This document shows, piece by piece, positions 53,065-64,000 of a stretch of DNA of 64,000 nt; position 1 is the stretch's first letter, and every line of letters begins with the position of its first letter. This DNA comes from Eubacteriales bacterium. Its GTDB lineage: Bacteria > Bacillota > Clostridia > Oscillospirales > CAG-272. The stretch covers positions 13,226 through 77,225 of the forward strand of contig JBGVRH010000059.1 of NCBI GenBank assembly GCA_045128275.1. Reading direction: 5' to 3'. Both the position numbers and the translations under genes were made by a program. The notes beneath the pieces were generated by a model. That model saw only the letters and a program-made list of their open reading frames with translations. It was not told where the DNA came from and did not search any database.

Positions 53065-56000
53065 GTGGAGCGTAACGAAATTTCATCCATTAAGATCGGT
53101 TTGGCATCTCCGGAAATGATCCGCAAGTGGTCCTTTGGCGAAGTCGAAAAGCCTGAGACCATCAACTACCGCACCCTGAAGGCCGAGATCGGCGGCCTCT
53201 TCTGCGAGCGTATCTTTGGCCCGACCAAGGACGGCGCTTGTATGTGCGGCAAATATAAGAATTCCCACAGTAAAGAGGTCATCAAGTGCGAGAAGTGCGG
53301 CGTGGACGTCACCACCAAGAAGGTGCGCCGCGAGCGCATGGGTCACATTGAGCTGGCCTCCCCCGTATCCCACATCTGGTACTTCAAGGCCATCCCCTCC
53401 CGTATGGCCCTGGTGCTGGATATCTCCCCCAAGCAGCTGGAGCAGGTGCTGTATTTCGCTGAGAACGTGGTGCTGGATCCCGGCAACACCCCCCTCATGA
53501 CCGGTACCGTCCTCTCCGAGAAGCAGTACGTGGAGTACCGTGAGATGTACGGCAACGAGTTCCGCGTGGGCATGGGTGCCGAGGCCATCAAGGAGCTGCT
53601 GGCCGCCATCGATGTAAACGAGCTCTCCGCTCAGCTCAAGAGCGATCTGGAGCGCGCCTCCGGTCAGAAGAAGACCCGTATCATCAAGCGTCTGGAGGTC
53701 ATCGAGGCCTTCCGCACCTCCGGCAACAAGCTGGAGTGGATGGTGCTGGACGTTCTGCCCGTCATTCCCCCCGACATCCGTTCCATGGTGCAGCTGGACG
53801 GCGGCCGTTTCGCCTCCTCCGACCTCAACGAGCTGTACCGCCGTGTCATCGCCCGTAACAACCGTCTCAAGAAGCTTCTTGAGATCCATACCCCCGACAT
53901 CGTCATCCGCAACGAGAAGAGAATGCTCCAGGAGGCTGTCGATGCTCTGATCGACAACGGCCGCCGCGGTAAGCCCGTTACCGGCCCCTCCAACCGTCCC
54001 CTCAAGTCTCTGTCCGAAATGCTCCGCGGTAAGCAGGGCCGTTTCCGTCAGAACCTGCTGGGTAAGCGCGTGGACTACTCCGGCCGTTCTGTTATCGTCG
54101 TCGGTCCTACCCTGAAGATCTACCAGTGCGGTCTGCCTAAGGAGATGGCTCTGGAGCTCTTCAAGCCCTTCGTGGTCAAGAGACTGGTGGAGATGGGCAA
54201 GGCTACCAACGTCAAGGAAGCCCAGAAGAAGATCGAGCGCGTGTTCCCCGAGGTCTACGACGCCCTGGAGAACGTCATCAAGGAGCATCCCGTGCTTCTG
54301 AACCGCGCACCTACCCTGCACCGTCTGTCCATCCAGGCCTTCGAGCCTGTGCTGGTTGAGGGCCGCGCCATCAAGCTGCACCCCCTGGTGTGTACCGCAT
54401 TCAACGCCGACTTCGACGGCGACCAGATGCCTGTACACGTCCCCCTGTCCGTGGAGGCTCAGGCCGAGGCCCGCTTCCTCATGCTGTCCGCCAACAACCT
54501 GCTGAAGCCTGTGGACGGTAAGGCCGTCACCGTGCCTACCCAGGATATGATCCTCGGCTCCTACTACCTCACCATGGATAAGCCCGGTGAGCCCGGCGAG
54601 GGCCGTTGCTTCCGCAACGTGGACGAGGCTATGATGGCCTACGCCAACCATCAGCTGGGTATCCACGCTCCCATCAAGGTGCGTATCACCCGCGAGTTCG
54701 AGGAGACCGACGCCGAGGGCAATACCGTCACCGTCGAGCGCACCAAGCTGGTGGAGAAGAACGTCACCCTTGGCCGTCTGATCTTCAACGAGGCCATTCC
54801 TCAGGGCATCGGCTTCAACAAGAAGCGCACCGACGACTTCGATCTCGAGGTCTCCGAGGTGGTCAAGAAGAAGCAGCTGGGTCAGATCATCGACTGCTGC
54901 ATCCGCGCCCGCGGTACCGCCGAGTGCGCCGAGATGCTGGATAAGATCAAGGCTATGGGTTACAAGTATTCCACCCAGGCTTCCTTCTCCATCTCGGTCT
55001 ACGATATGACCATTCCTCCCGAGAAGAAGGGCTTCCTCGACGAGGCTCAGAAGAAGGTGGACGTCATCACCCGTCACTTCATGCGCGGTGAGCTGTCCGA
55101 GGAGGAGCGTTACCAGGCCGTTATCAAGATCTGGAACCAGACCACCGATAACGTCACCGGCGCGCTGACCAACTCCTTCTCCACCTACAATCCTATCAAG
55201 ATCATGGCAGACTCCGGCGCCCGTGGTTCCATGACCCAGATGAGACAGCTGGCCGGTATGCGCGGTCTGATGTTCTCTGCCACCGGTAAGACCATGGAGC
55301 TTCCCATTAAGTCCAACTTCCGCGAGGGTCTGAACATCACCGAGTACTTCATGGGTGCCCGTTCCTCCCGTAAGTCCCTGTCGGATACCGCACTTCGTAC
55401 CGCAGACTCGGGTTACCTGACCCGCCGTCTGGTGGATGTCTCCCAGGAGGTCATCATCCGCGAGATCAAGTGTAACACCACCAAGGGCGCTTGGGTCAAC
55501 GACGTCATCGACGAGAAGGACAAGAACGTCCTGGAGCCTCTGGCAGACCGTATCATCGGTCGCTTCACCATGGGTGAGGTTGTCCATCCCGAGACCGGCG
55601 AGATCCTGATCCCCGACGATACCATGATCACCGAGGAGATGGCTTCCGCCATCACCAAGGCCGGTATCACCTCGGTTCAGATCCGTACCGCCATCCAGTG
55701 CCACGCCCGCTACGGCCTCTGCGCTCACTGCTACGGTGCCGACCTGGCATCCGGTAAGCTGGTTTCCGTCGGTGAGGCCGTCGGTATCATCGCCGCTCAG
55801 TCCATCGGTGAGCCCGGTACCCAGCTGACCATGAGAACCTTCCACTCCGGTGGTGTCGCAGGTTCCGATATTACCCAGGGTCTTCCCCGAGTCGAGGAGC
55901 TCTTCGAGGCTCGCGCTCCCAAGAAGGCCGCTATCATGGTTGAGCAGAACGGTATCGCCCGCATTCAGCCCAATCCCGACGTGCCTGGCATGAACGACGT

Positions 56001-56661
56001 CACCGTCCACGACGAGAACGGCGTTGAGCTGGCTAAGTACCCCATCCCCTACGGCATGCGTCTCGCCATCACCGACGAGCAGCCCGTGGAGATCGGTCAG
56101 TCCCTCACCGAGGGCTCCAAGGCTCCCGCCGATATCATGCGTATCCAGGGCCTGGATGCTGTCTACGAGTACATCATCAAGGAGATCCAGAAGGTGTACC
56201 GTTCCCAGTCGGTTAACGTCAACGATAAGCACATCGAGATCATCGCCCGTCAGATGACCCGTAAGCTCCGCATCACCGACCACGGCGATACCACCCTGCT
56301 GGACGGCTCCACCGTCGACCTGTCCGACCTCGAGGAGGCAAATGCCGAGCTCGACGTCCGCATCGAGGCCGGTGAGACCGAGCTCAAGCACGCCGAGGGC
56401 GAGCCTGTGCTGCTGGGTATCACCAAGGCATCTCTGGCTACCGAGTCCTTCATGTCCGCCGCCTCCTTCCAGGAGACCACCAAGGTGCTGGCCGAGGCCG
56501 CGATCCGCGGTAAGGTCGATCACCTCCGCGGTCTGAAGGAGAACGTCATCATCGGTAAGCTCATCCCCGCCGGTACCGGTATGTCCTGCTATAAGGAGAT
56601 CACCGTCGAGGAGACCGCCAAGCTGGAGGCCGCCGAGGAGAGCGACGAGTCCGCTTCCTGA
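53065..56661 (+). CDS. rpoC: DNA-directed RNA polymerase beta' subunit
   Basis: GTG start after GGAGAAG; zinc motif CMCGKY...CEKCGV; catalytic NADFDGDQM; 1198 aa. Confidence 0.95.
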   Translation: MERNEISSIKIGLASPEMIRKWSFGEVEKPETINYRTLKAEIGGLFCERIFGPTKDGACMCGKYKNSHSKEVIKCEKCGVDVTTKKVRRERMGHIELASPVSHIWYFKAIPSRMALVLDISPKQLEQVLYFAENVVLDPGNTPLMTGTVLSEKQYVEYREMYGNEFRVGMGAEAIKELLAAIDVNELSAQLKSDLERASGQKKTRIIKRLEVIEAFRTSGNKLEWMVLDVLPVIPPDIRSMVQLDGGRFASSDLNELYRRVIARNNRLKKLLEIHTPDIVIRNEKRMLQEAVDALIDNGRRGKPVTGPSNRPLKSLSEMLRGKQGRFRQNLLGKRVDYSGRSVIVVGPTLKIYQCGLPKEMALELFKPFVVKRLVEMGKATNVKEAQKKIERVFPEVYDALENVIKEHPVLLNRAPTLHRLSIQAFEPVLVEGRAIKLHPLVCTAFNADFDGDQMPVHVPLSVEAQAEARFLMLSANNLLKPVDGKAVTVPTQDMILGSYYLTMDKPGEPGEGRCFRNVDEAMMAYANHQLGIHAPIKVRITREFEETDAEGNTVTVERTKLVEKNVTLGRLIFNEAIPQGIGFNKKRTDDFDLEVSEVVKKKQLGQIIDCCIRARGTAECAEMLDKIKAMGYKYSTQASFSISVYDMTIPPEKKGFLDEAQKKVDVITRHFMRGELSEEERYQAVIKIWNQTTDNVTGALTNSFSTYNPIKIMADSGARGSMTQMRQLAGMRGLMFSATGKTMELPIKSNFREGLNITEYFMGARSSRKSLSDTALRTADSGYLTRRLVDVSQEVIIREIKCNTTKGAWVNDVIDEKDKNVLEPLADRIIGRFTMGEVVHPETGEILIPDDTMITEEMASAITKAGITSVQIRTAIQCHARYGLCAHCYGADLASGKLVSVGEAVGIIAAQSIGEPGTQLTMRTFHSGGVAGSDITQGLPRVEELFEARAPKKAAIMVEQNGIARIQPNPDVPGMNDVTVHDENGVELAKYPIPYGMRLAITDEQPVEIGQSLTEGSKAPADIMRIQGLDAVYEYIIKEIQKVYRSQSVNVNDKHIEIIARQMTRKLRITDHGDTTLLDGSTVDLSDLEEANAELDVRIEAGETELKHAEGEPVLLGITKASLATESFMSAASFQETTKVLAEAAIRGKVDHLRGLKENVIIGKLIPAGTGMSCYKEITVEETAKLEAAEESDESAS

Positions 56662-56715
56662 TCCATGAGTGTGACGAAATTCACCTCCGTGGATTGAGCA
56701 GTTTTCACAAAATTT

Positions 56716-56748
56716 CCCGCCCCTGTGATCCACGGGGGCGGGTCGTTT
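56716..56748 (+). terminator. intrinsic terminator after rpoC
   Basis: CCCGCCCCTGTGATCCACGGGGGCGGG followed by TCGTTTG. Confidence 0.6.
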
Positions 56749-56874
56749 GCCCTTTAAAACCCCGATTTTTGGGTTTTTCGGGGCTCTTTTCGTGTGAAAT
56801 TTCACAGGAAAAGCCCCACCGCGATTAGGGAAATTGTATAATAGGGAAAAATTTTTCGGCTTGCGAATGTCTTC

Positions 56875-56903
56875 TTGACAAACGGAAAACCTTATGATAT
56901 AAT
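56875..56903 (+). promoter_or_regulatory. sigma-A promoter of the rpsL-rpsG-fusA-tuf operon
   Basis: TTGACA, 17 nt spacer, TATAAT. Confidence 0.7.
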
Positions 56904-57029
56904 AAATCTGTTCGCGCGTATACCCGAAGTGTGTCCAAACGCGAATTTCAGGCAGTCCCGCGGGTTTCCGAAAGGAAAAACGCGTCTGTATATACACACA
57001 AAAATTCACGAAGAAGGAGGAAATGAAGC

Positions 57030-57452
57030 ATGCCAACCTTTAACCAGCTTGTGAGACAGGGCCGTAACGCCCGCGTGTACAAGTCCAAGTCGCCTGTTCT
57101 CCAGAAGGGCTACAACAGCCTGGAAGGTAAGACCACCGACCAGTCCTCTCCTCAGAAGAGAGGTGTCTGCACCAAGGTTTCCACCACCACGCCCAAGAAG
57201 CCTAACTCCGCGCTCCGTAAGATCGCAAGAGTTCGTCTGACCAACGGCATGGAAGTCACCACCTACATCCCCGGTATCGGCCACAGCCTTCAGGAGCACT
57301 CTGTTGTCCTGATCCGTGGCGGCCGTGTACGTGACCTCCCCGGTGTGCGTTACCACATCGTCCGCGGTACCCTGGATGCACAGGGCGTCGCAAACCGCCT
57401 GCAGAGCCGTTCCAAGTACGGCGCAAAGCGTCCTAAGGCCGCTAAGAAGTAA
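57030..57452 (+). CDS. rpsL: 30S ribosomal protein S12
   Basis: [12 protein letters not shown]...[10 protein letters not shown]... Confidence 0.97.
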   Translation: MPTFNQLVRQGRNARVYKSKSPVLQKGYNSLEGKTTDQSSPQKRGVCTKVSTTTPKKPNSALRKIARVRLTNGMEVTTYIPGIGHSLQEHSVVLIRGGRVRDLPGVRYHIVRGTLDAQGVANRLQSRSKYGAKRPKAAKK

Positions 57453-57697
57453 TTAGCAGATAGGACTTGCGGGGAAAGACCCGCCGCCGCTCGCGGCGTA
57501 AAAGCGAGTGTCCGCAATAGGACAGAGGGAGACGAGAGAGCAGTTTCATTCAAATCACACTCCGTGTGAGCGTTTCCTCGTGAATTTCTGTGTGTGTGTA
57601 CGGAAGATTGCGAGAACCCACCCGGTACGTGGACAAGAGAAGAATGCTTTTGAGTACCTATGATTTCATGTAATACTAATGAAGGAGGGAAGTTACA

Positions 57698-58168
57698 GTG
57701 CCGAGAAGAGGTTCTATATCCAAGAGAGATGTATTGCCGGATCCTTTGTACAATTCCAAGCTGGTCACCAAGCTTGTGAACAACGTTATGTACGACGGCA
57801 AGAAGGGCGTGGCTCAGACCATCGTGTACGATGCGTTCAAGATGATCGAAGAGAAGCTGGGTCAGAATGCCCTTGAAGTTTTCCAGGCCGCGCTTGACAA
57901 CATCAAGCCCGAGCTGGAGGTTAAGGCTCGCCGCGTGGGTGGTTCCACCTACCAGGTGCCTATGGAGGTCCGCCCTGAGCGCCAGCAGACCCTGGCTCTC
58001 CGTTGGCTGATCAACTATTCCAGAAACCGTTCCGAGAGAACCATGGCTGAGAGACTGGCGGGCGAGATCATGGACGCCAAGAACAGCATGGGCGGCGCCT
58101 TCAAGAAGAAGGAAGAGACTCACCGTATGGCCGAGGCCAACAAGGCTTTCGCCCATTACCGTTATTGA
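57698..58168 (+). CDS. rpsG: 30S ribosomal protein S7
   Basis: GTG start after GAAGGAGGG; [20 protein letters not shown]... Confidence 0.97.
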   Translation: MPRRGSISKRDVLPDPLYNSKLVTKLVNNVMYDGKKGVAQTIVYDAFKMIEEKLGQNALEVFQAALDNIKPELEVKARRVGGSTYQVPMEVRPERQQTLALRWLINYSRNRSERTMAERLAGEIMDAKNSMGGAFKKKEETHRMAEANKAFAHYRY

Positions 58169-58219
58169 TTTTCGGGCTATCGCTTGAAAGTCTAGCGCAT
58201 AAAAGCAAGGAGAAAATCA

Positions 58220-60304
58220 ATGGCAAGAGAGTATTCGCTTGAGCATACTCGGAATATCGGCATCATGGCTCACATCGATGCCGGTAAGACCACTACGACC
58301 GAGCGTATCCTGTTCTACACCGGTAAGACCCATAAGCTGGGCGAGACCCACGAGGGTGGCGCCACCATGGACTGGATGGAGCAGGAGCAGGAGAGAGGTA
58401 TCACCATTACCTCCGCGGCTACCACCTGTTACTGGAACGATAACCGCATCAATATCATCGACACCCCCGGCCACGTGGACTTCACCGTTGAGGTGGAGCG
58501 TTCCCTGCGCGTCCTGGACGGTTCTGTGACCGTCTTCTGCGCTAAGGGCGGTGTTGAGCCCCAGTCTGAGACCGTTTGGCGTCAGGCTGATAAGTATCGC
58601 GTGCCCCGTATGGCTTACGTCAACAAGATGGACATCACGGGCGCCGACTTCTATCATGTTCTGGACATGATGAGAGACAGACTCCACGCAAATCCCGTGC
58701 CCCTGCAGCTGCCCATCGGTAAGGAGATGACCTTCCGCGGTATCATCGACCTGCTGAACATGGAGGCTGACGTCTACTACGACGAGCTGGGTAAGGACGT
58801 CCGCATTGAGCCTATCCCCGAGGACATGGTTGAGCTGGCTGAGCAGTACCGCGCCGAGCTGGTGGAGGCTGTCGCTTCTACCGACGAGGAGCTGATGGAG
58901 AAGTACCTCTGCGACGAGGAGCTGACCATCGAGGAGCTCAAGGGCGCTATCCGCCGCGCAACCATCAACAACGAGATCGTTCCCGTCGTTTGCGGTTCCT
59001 CTTACCGCAACAAGGGCGTGCAGAAGATGCTGGACGCCGTCGTCGACTATATGCCCTCTCCTCTGGACATCCCCGCTATCAAGGGTGTGAACCCCGATAC
59101 CGGTGACGAGGACGAGCGCCCTGCTTCCGATGACGCTCCCTTCTCCGCTCTGGCGTTCAAGATCATGACCGATCCCTTCGTGGGTAAGCTCTGCTACTTC
59201 AGAGTCTACTCCGGTATGATCAATGCCGGCGAGACCGTCTACAACTCCACCAGAGGTAAGCGCGAGCGTCTGGGTCGTATCCTCATGATGCACGCAAACA
59301 CCCGTCAGGATATCGATGCCTGCTACACCGGTGACATCGCTGCCGCTATCGGCGTGAAGAACACCACCACGGGTGATACCTTCTGCGACGAGAAGAACCC
59401 CATCATCCTCGAGTCTATGGAGTTCCCCGAGCCCGTTATCCGCGTGGCTATTGAGCCCAAGACCCGCGCCGGCCAGGAGAAGATGGGCATCGCCCTCGCC
59501 AAGCTGGCTGAGGAGGATCCTACCTTCCGTGCCTACACCGACGATGAGACCGGTCAGACCATCATCGCAGGTATGGGTGAGCTTCACCTGGACATCATCG
59601 TTGAGCGTCTGCTCCGCGAGTTCAAGGTGGAGGCAAACATCGGTAAGCCTCAGGTTGCCTACAAGGAGACCATCCGCAAGGCAGTCGATCAGGATACCAA
59701 GTACAAGCGTCAGTCCGGTGGTTCCGGTCAGTACGGTCACGTTAAGATCACCATCGAGCCCAACGAGCCCGGTAAGGGTTACGAGTTCGTCAACGCTGTG
59801 GTGGGCGGTGCAATTCCCAAGGAGTACATCCCCGCTGTTGACAACGGTATCCAGGGCGCTATGCAGACCGGTGTTCTGGCAGGCTACAACGTCGTTGACG
59901 TGAAGGTCACCCTGAACGACGGTTCTTACCACGACGTCGCCTCGTCCGCGATGGCGTTCCTGATCGCCGGCTCCATGGCCTTCAAGGAGGCTATGAGAAA
60001 GGCCGATCCCGTCCTCACCGAGCCTATGATGAAGGTCGTTACCATCGTCCCTGAGGAGTACATGGGCGACGTCATCGGTGACTTCAACTCCCGCCGCGGC
60101 CAGATCCAGTCCATGGAGGCCGGTAACGGTGGTATCGAGGAGATCACGGCCTACGTGCCCCTCTCCTGCATGTTCGGCTACGCGACCGACCTGCGTTCCA
60201 AGACCCAGGGTCGCGGCCTCTACTCCATGGAGCCCAGCCACTTCGCAGAAGTGCCCAAGAGCATCCAGGAGGAAATCGTTAAGGCTCGCGGTAAGAACAA
60301 CTGA
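58220..60304 (+). CDS. fusA: elongation factor G
   Basis: [21 protein letters not shown]...DTPGHVDFT...; 694 aa. Confidence 0.97.
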   Translation: MAREYSLEHTRNIGIMAHIDAGKTTTTERILFYTGKTHKLGETHEGGATMDWMEQEQERGITITSAATTCYWNDNRINIIDTPGHVDFTVEVERSLRVLDGSVTVFCAKGGVEPQSETVWRQADKYRVPRMAYVNKMDITGADFYHVLDMMRDRLHANPVPLQLPIGKEMTFRGIIDLLNMEADVYYDELGKDVRIEPIPEDMVELAEQYRAELVEAVASTDEELMEKYLCDEELTIEELKGAIRRATINNEIVPVVCGSSYRNKGVQKMLDAVVDYMPSPLDIPAIKGVNPDTGDEDERPASDDAPFSALAFKIMTDPFVGKLCYFRVYSGMINAGETVYNSTRGKRERLGRILMMHANTRQDIDACYTGDIAAAIGVKNTTTGDTFCDEKNPIILESMEFPEPVIRVAIEPKTRAGQEKMGIALAKLAEEDPTFRAYTDDETGQTIIAGMGELHLDIIVERLLREFKVEANIGKPQVAYKETIRKAVDQDTKYKRQSGGSGQYGHVKITIEPNEPGKGYEFVNAVVGGAIPKEYIPAVDNGIQGAMQTGVLAGYNVVDVKVTLNDGSYHDVASSAMAFLIAGSMAFKEAMRKADPVLTEPMMKVVTIVPEEYMGDVIGDFNSRRGQIQSMEAGNGGIEEITAYVPLSCMFGYATDLRSKTQGRGLYSMEPSHFAEVPKSIQEEIVKARGKNN

Positions 60305-60398
60305 CCCGCATCCTTATAGTCCGCGCTGCCCCATGACAGGCGGCGCGGTCACCAAACAAAAAACTTTTTAAAATTTTATTTTATGGAGGAAGTTTACA

Positions 60399-61604
60399 AT
60401 GGCAAAGGCTACATTCGAGCGCACCAAGCCCCACGTTAACATTGGTACCATCGGTCACGTCGACCACGGTAAGACCACTCTGACCGCTGCTATCACCAAG
60501 ACCCTGTCTCTGGGCAACGGCAATGTCGAGGCTATGGCTTACGACCAGATCGACAACGCTCCCGAGGAGAAGGCTCGTGGTATCACGATCAACACCCGTC
60601 ACGTTGAGTACGAGACCGAGAACCGTCACTACGCTCACGTCGACTGCCCCGGCCACGCCGACTACGTTAAGAACATGATCACCGGTGCTGCCCAGATGGA
60701 CGGCGCTATCCTGGTCGTTGCAGGTACTGATGGCCCTCTCGCCCAGACCCGTGAGCACGTTCTGCTGGCTCGTCAGGTTGGCGTTCCCGCAATCGTTGTC
60801 TTCATGAACAAGACCGACCTCGTCGACGACGAGGAGCTGCTGGATCTCGTCGAGATGGAGGTCCGTGACCTGCTGTCCGAGTACGATTTCCCCGGCGACG
60901 ACATTCCGATCGTTCGCGGTTCCGCTCGTGAGGCTCTGACCTCCGACTCCAACGATCCTTCTTCTCCCGAGTACGCTCCTATTCTCGAGCTGATGGCTGA
61001 GGTTGACTCTTACATTCCTACTCCCGAGCGTAAGGCTGACCTGCCCTTCCTGATGCCCGTCGAGGACGTCTTCTCCATCTCCGGCCGTGGTACCGTTGCT
61101 ACCGGTCGTGTGGAGAGAGGTACTCTGAAGGTCAACGACACTGTCGAGATCGTCGGTCTGGTCGACGAGAAGGAGACCACCGTCGTTACCGGTGTCGAGA
61201 TGTTCCACAAGCTGCTGCCTCAGGCTGAGGCCGGTGACAACATCGGTGCTCTGCTCCGTGGTATCGCTAAGGACGGCATCCGCCGCGGCCAGGTTCTGGC
61301 TAAGCCCGGTTCCGTCAACCCCCACACCAACTTCAAGGGCAACGTGTACGTTCTGTCCGAGAAGGAGGGTGGTCGTCAGAAGCCCTTCTTCGCTGGCTAC
61401 CGTCCTCAGTTCTACTTCAGAACTACCGACGTGACCGGTGTCATCTCTCTGCCTGAGGGTGTCGAGATGTGCCGCCCCGGCGATAACGTTGAGATGACTG
61501 TCGAGCTGATCGCCCCCATCGCTTGCGAGAAGGGTCTCCGCTTCGCTATCCGTGAGGGTGGCCGTACCGTCGGTTCCGGCGTCGTTTCCGAGATCATCAA
61601 GTAA
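60399..61604 (+). CDS. tuf: elongation factor Tu
   Basis: [33 protein letters not shown]...; 401 aa. Confidence 0.97.
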   Translation: MAKATFERTKPHVNIGTIGHVDHGKTTLTAAITKTLSLGNGNVEAMAYDQIDNAPEEKARGITINTRHVEYETENRHYAHVDCPGHADYVKNMITGAAQMDGAILVVAGTDGPLAQTREHVLLARQVGVPAIVVFMNKTDLVDDEELLDLVEMEVRDLLSEYDFPGDDIPIVRGSAREALTSDSNDPSSPEYAPILELMAEVDSYIPTPERKADLPFLMPVEDVFSISGRGTVATGRVERGTLKVNDTVEIVGLVDEKETTVVTGVEMFHKLLPQAEAGDNIGALLRGIAKDGIRRGQVLAKPGSVNPHTNFKGNVYVLSEKEGGRQKPFFAGYRPQFYFRTTDVTGVISLPEGVEMCRPGDNVEMTVELIAPIACEKGLRFAIREGGRTVGSGVVSEIIK

Positions 61605-61627
61605 TTAACCCTTTCAGGGAAAATTCG

Positions 61628-61676
61628 CCCCGCAGCAACGTAGCAATGCTCGCATTGCCCGCGCATTGCTGCGGGG
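61628..61676 (+). terminator. terminator hairpin after tuf
   Basis: CCCCGCAGCAA...TTGCTGCGGGG long hairpin; the T tract is weak. Confidence 0.55.
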
Positions 61677-61707
61677 TCTTCATATTCTATTACTACATTC
61701 TAATACA

Positions 61708-61880
61708 TCTTTGAGAATTGGTGAAATTCCATACCGGTGGTTATAGCCCACAAACACACCGCCTAAGACGGCAGGTGTGCCTGGCAGGTGTGATTCCTGC
61801 GCCGACGGTCGAACTCAGCAGAGCTGAGTTCAGAAAGTTTTCTCCGCTTCGCTACGCAAACTTTCGCCGCGGAGATTTTT
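61708..61880 (+). promoter_or_regulatory. FMN (RFN) riboswitch candidate with terminator expression platform
   Basis: Conserved RFN blocks as I remember them: GGTGAAATTCC.TACCGGTGGT...AGCCCAC ... GGTGTGATTCC...GCCGACGGT. A hairpin TCTCCGC...GCGGAGA plus TTTTT follows at 61841-61880. The downstream gene is a RibU-like ECF S component. Confidence 0.7.
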
Positions 61881-61983
61881 GAGTGAGGAAACTTCCGCGT
61901 TCTCCGTTCAAATGTTGATTTTTATCTTCATGAACATCGAAAGAGAACGCGCTACAGTCCGGATGGGAAAGGATAACATTTTT

Positions 61984-62742
61984 ATGTCTGCTCACAAAAA
62001 GAACCGCGTGCGTCTGCGCGCTCTTGTTTTGATGGCGGTCTTTGCCGCGCTGGCCTACGCCGCTATGTTCGTCTTCCGCTTCAACGTCACCTTCCTGACC
62101 TTTGATCTGAAGGATTCCATTATTACCCTGTCGGGTCTTCTGTTGGGCCCCGTTGCCGCTGCCGTCGGCTCGCTTCTGGTGGCTACCCTGGAATTCATCA
62201 CCATCGGGGACACAGGCTGGTACGGCTTTCTCATGAATTTCGCGTCCTCCGTCACGTTTTCGGTGGTGTGTGCTGTGATGTACCGCCGCAATAAGAAGCT
62301 CTCGGGGGCGATTTTGTCCCTGGCTTCGGGCGTGGTCGCCCTGGTGGCCGTTATGCTGACTCTGAATCTGGTGGTGACCCCCTTCTACATGGGTGCCCCC
62401 CGTTCCGCCGTCATCGACATGATCCCCACCCTGCTCCTGCCCTTCAACCTCATCAAGGCCCTGGTCAACGCCACCCTGGTGCTGATCCTCTACAAGCCTG
62501 TCCGCCGCGCCATGCAAGCGGCCAACCTTCTGCCGAGAGCCGTCTCGGGTGAAGGGGACTCTGCCGATCCCGCTGAAAAGAAAAAGCAGGCTCGCAGGAG
62601 CCTCTGGATCACCTTGGGCGGTCTGGTCTTCATGGCCGTCGTCATTTTCCTGTTCGTCACCCTGCTCCACGGTAGCTTCTCCTGGGTAGGCGACTTCACT
62701 TGGTTTGAAAATCTCACCGATCTGTTCGGTGCTTCCCAATAA
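61984..62742 (+). CDS. ribU: ECF transporter S component, riboflavin (RibU-like) by riboswitch context
   Basis: Polytopic small membrane protein (MSAHKKNRVRLRALVLMAVFAALAYAA...). The start at 61984 is chosen from RBS spacing, and ATG at 61963 is also possible. Substrate is inferred only from the FMN element. Confidence 0.65.
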   Translation: MSAHKKNRVRLRALVLMAVFAALAYAAMFVFRFNVTFLTFDLKDSIITLSGLLLGPVAAAVGSLLVATLEFITIGDTGWYGFLMNFASSVTFSVVCAVMYRRNKKLSGAILSLASGVVALVAVMLTLNLVVTPFYMGAPRSAVIDMIPTLLLPFNLIKALVNATLVLILYKPVRRAMQAANLLPRAVSGEGDSADPAEKKKQARRSLWITLGGLVFMAVVIFLFVTLLHGSFSWVGDFTWFENLTDLFGASQ

Positions 62743-62756
62743 AGAAAGGTTTTTCT

Positions 62757-63272
62757 ATGAAAGAAGCTATTATGCTCTTTTTCGAGGAGGCTGTCGGCCA
62801 AGAGCTGTCGGTCATCCTCTGCTCCATGATCCCCATCATCGAGCTGCGAGGCGCCATCCCTGTGGGCTGGTTCATCTTCGATATGCCTTGGTGGCAGAGC
62901 TTTCTGTTCGCTGTCATTGGTAATATGATCCCCGTCCCCTTCATCCTCCTCTTCATCCGCAAGGTGCTGGACTGGATGGAGCATTGTCGGGTGGGGTTCT
63001 TCAATAAGATTGCAGGCTGGCTCCGCCGCAAGGCCGATAAGAACGTGGACAAGATCACTAAGTACGGCTTCTGGGGTGTCTGCTTTTTCATCGCTATCCC
63101 ACTGCCTGTTACGGGCGCGTGGACAGGCTCTCTGGTAGCCGCCACCATCAAAATGAACTTCTGGAAGGCGCTTCTTTCCGCCCTTCTGGGTGTTCTCATC
63201 GCCGGTGTGATCGTGACTCTGATTTGTCTGGGCATCAGCAGTGGTGTCACTTGGCTTGAATGGCTGATCTGA
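62757..63272 (+). CDS. small multidrug-export-like membrane protein (COG2426/Sm_multidrug_ex family)
   Basis: ...SMIPIIELRGAIPVG... and 4-5 TM helices; 171 aa. Confidence 0.6.
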   Translation: MKEAIMLFFEEAVGQELSVILCSMIPIIELRGAIPVGWFIFDMPWWQSFLFAVIGNMIPVPFILLFIRKVLDWMEHCRVGFFNKIAGWLRRKADKNVDKITKYGFWGVCFFIAIPLPVTGAWTGSLVAATIKMNFWKALLSALLGVLIAGVIVTLICLGISSGVTWLEWLI

Positions 63273-63292
63273 ACGTAATGGAGGTTTTTTAT

Positions 63293-64000
63293 ATGACGAC
63301 CAAACGCATTCTGTCCCTTCTTCTGGCTCTCCTTATGGCTGTGAGCCTGCTGCTCACCGTTGTTTCCTGCGGTGAGTCCACCGAGGATCCCGCCGATCAA
63401 GGCGGCAGTACCGAGGCGGGAAGCCAGTCCGAGACCGAGACTGCCTCCCCCTACGATCTGCTGGACAAGGAATCCTTCGACCGTGAATTCTCCGTCCTCG
63501 TCCGCGATGACTGCGTGGATGACTTCGTCGTCGAGGGCATGAAGGGCGACATCCTGGGCGATTCTCTCTACGAGCGCAATACTGTGGTTGCCGAGGATTT
63601 TGGCGTGGAATTCGTCTTCAACTACCAGGGCAATTCCTACAGCGCGGTCAACGAGGCCGTCAAGCAGCAGGTCAACGGCGGTCTGGATGACTACGACAGC
63701 TACATTGGCCACAAGTATTCCTTCACCAACCTGGCCATGAGCAACTACCTCTACGACATGGGCAAGATCGCCTCCATGGATCTGACCGGTGCCTGGTGGG
63801 ATCAGGGCTGCTATGAGAACCTCACCGTGGGCGGTCACACCTACGTCATGACGGGTGATATCCTCCCCGATTCCTCCATGCGTATCTCCTCCTGCATGGT
63901 CTTCAACAAGGATCTCATGGTGGAGCTGAACAAGTCGGTGGACGAGCTGAACGCCACCGCCCAGAACGGCGGCTTTACCCTGGACGTGCTGAACACCTAC
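63293..64000 (+). CDS. lipoprotein, probably an extracellular solute-binding protein; 3' end beyond the window
   Basis: My own translation from ATG 63293: MTTKRILSLLLALLMAVSLLLTVVSCGESTEDPADQGG... with lipobox VVSC. The frame stays open to position 64000, so the ORF has no stop and is absent from the supplied track. Confidence 0.65.
   Translation, partial: MTTKRILSLLLALLMAVSLLLTVVSCGESTEDPADQGGSTEAGSQSETETASPYDLLDKESFDREFSVLVRDDCVDDFVVEGMKGDILGDSLYERNTVVAEDFGVEFVFNYQGNSYSAVNEAVKQQVNGGLDDYDSYIGHKYSFTNLAMSNYLYDMGKIASMDLTGAWWDQGCYENLTVGGHTYVMTGDILPDSSMRISSCMVFNKDLMVELNKSVDELNATAQNGGFTLDVLNTY

Noticed and set aside
56793-56806. The perfect palindrome TGTGAAATTTCACA downstream of rpoC as a CRP/FNR-type site.
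   Set aside because: The half-sites are separated by 4 nt rather than the 6 nt of TGTGA-N6-TCACA. It is a single occurrence and lies upstream of the rpsL promoter in no obvious regulatory position. It is kept only as a note.

Overview
This is a chromosomal segment from a high-GC Firmicute. Gene content and roughly 60% GC suggest Clostridia, possibly Oscillospiraceae or Ruminococcaceae, but that assignment is inference only. Most of the window is housekeeping: typA, a feoA-feoB iron operon, metF-metH, nagA, a CapD/PglF-like dehydratase, a RodA/FtsW-family gene, archaeal-type proS, sdaA, a cysteine-desulfidase-like gene, tRNA-Arg(CCG), holA and ygiQ. It continues with a class I lysyl-tRNA synthetase, a 10 kb co-directional block (yybS-gdpP-rplI-dnaB-tilS-hpt-ftsH), then rpoB-rpoC-rpsL-rpsG-fusA-tuf, an FMN riboswitch with an ECF S-component gene, and a 5'-partial lipoprotein gene at the right edge. 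Six things deserve a second look. (1) An in-frame TAG sits inside the otherwise intact essential gene rpoB. (2) Three tandem, independently transcribed cassettes each pair an ECF-type sigma factor with a membrane protein; the N-terminal module is shared, while the large C-terminal domains are swapped, lower in GC, and BspA-type LRR in two of three. (3) A dense cluster of DnaA-box-like sites lies between holA and tRNA-Arg, with no dnaA in the window. (4) A MITE-like repeat family with about 20 bp terminal inverted repeats and interchangeable palindromic cores occurs five times, including inside the feo operon. (5) The tRNA-Arg 3' end is duplicated in tandem. (6) GTTAGC-N4-GCTAAC palindromes occur in the feo leader and in the feoA-feoB spacer. 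I found no CRISPR array, rRNA gene or intact transposase or prophage. All calls come from reading the sequence and the ORF translations; no database search was run.
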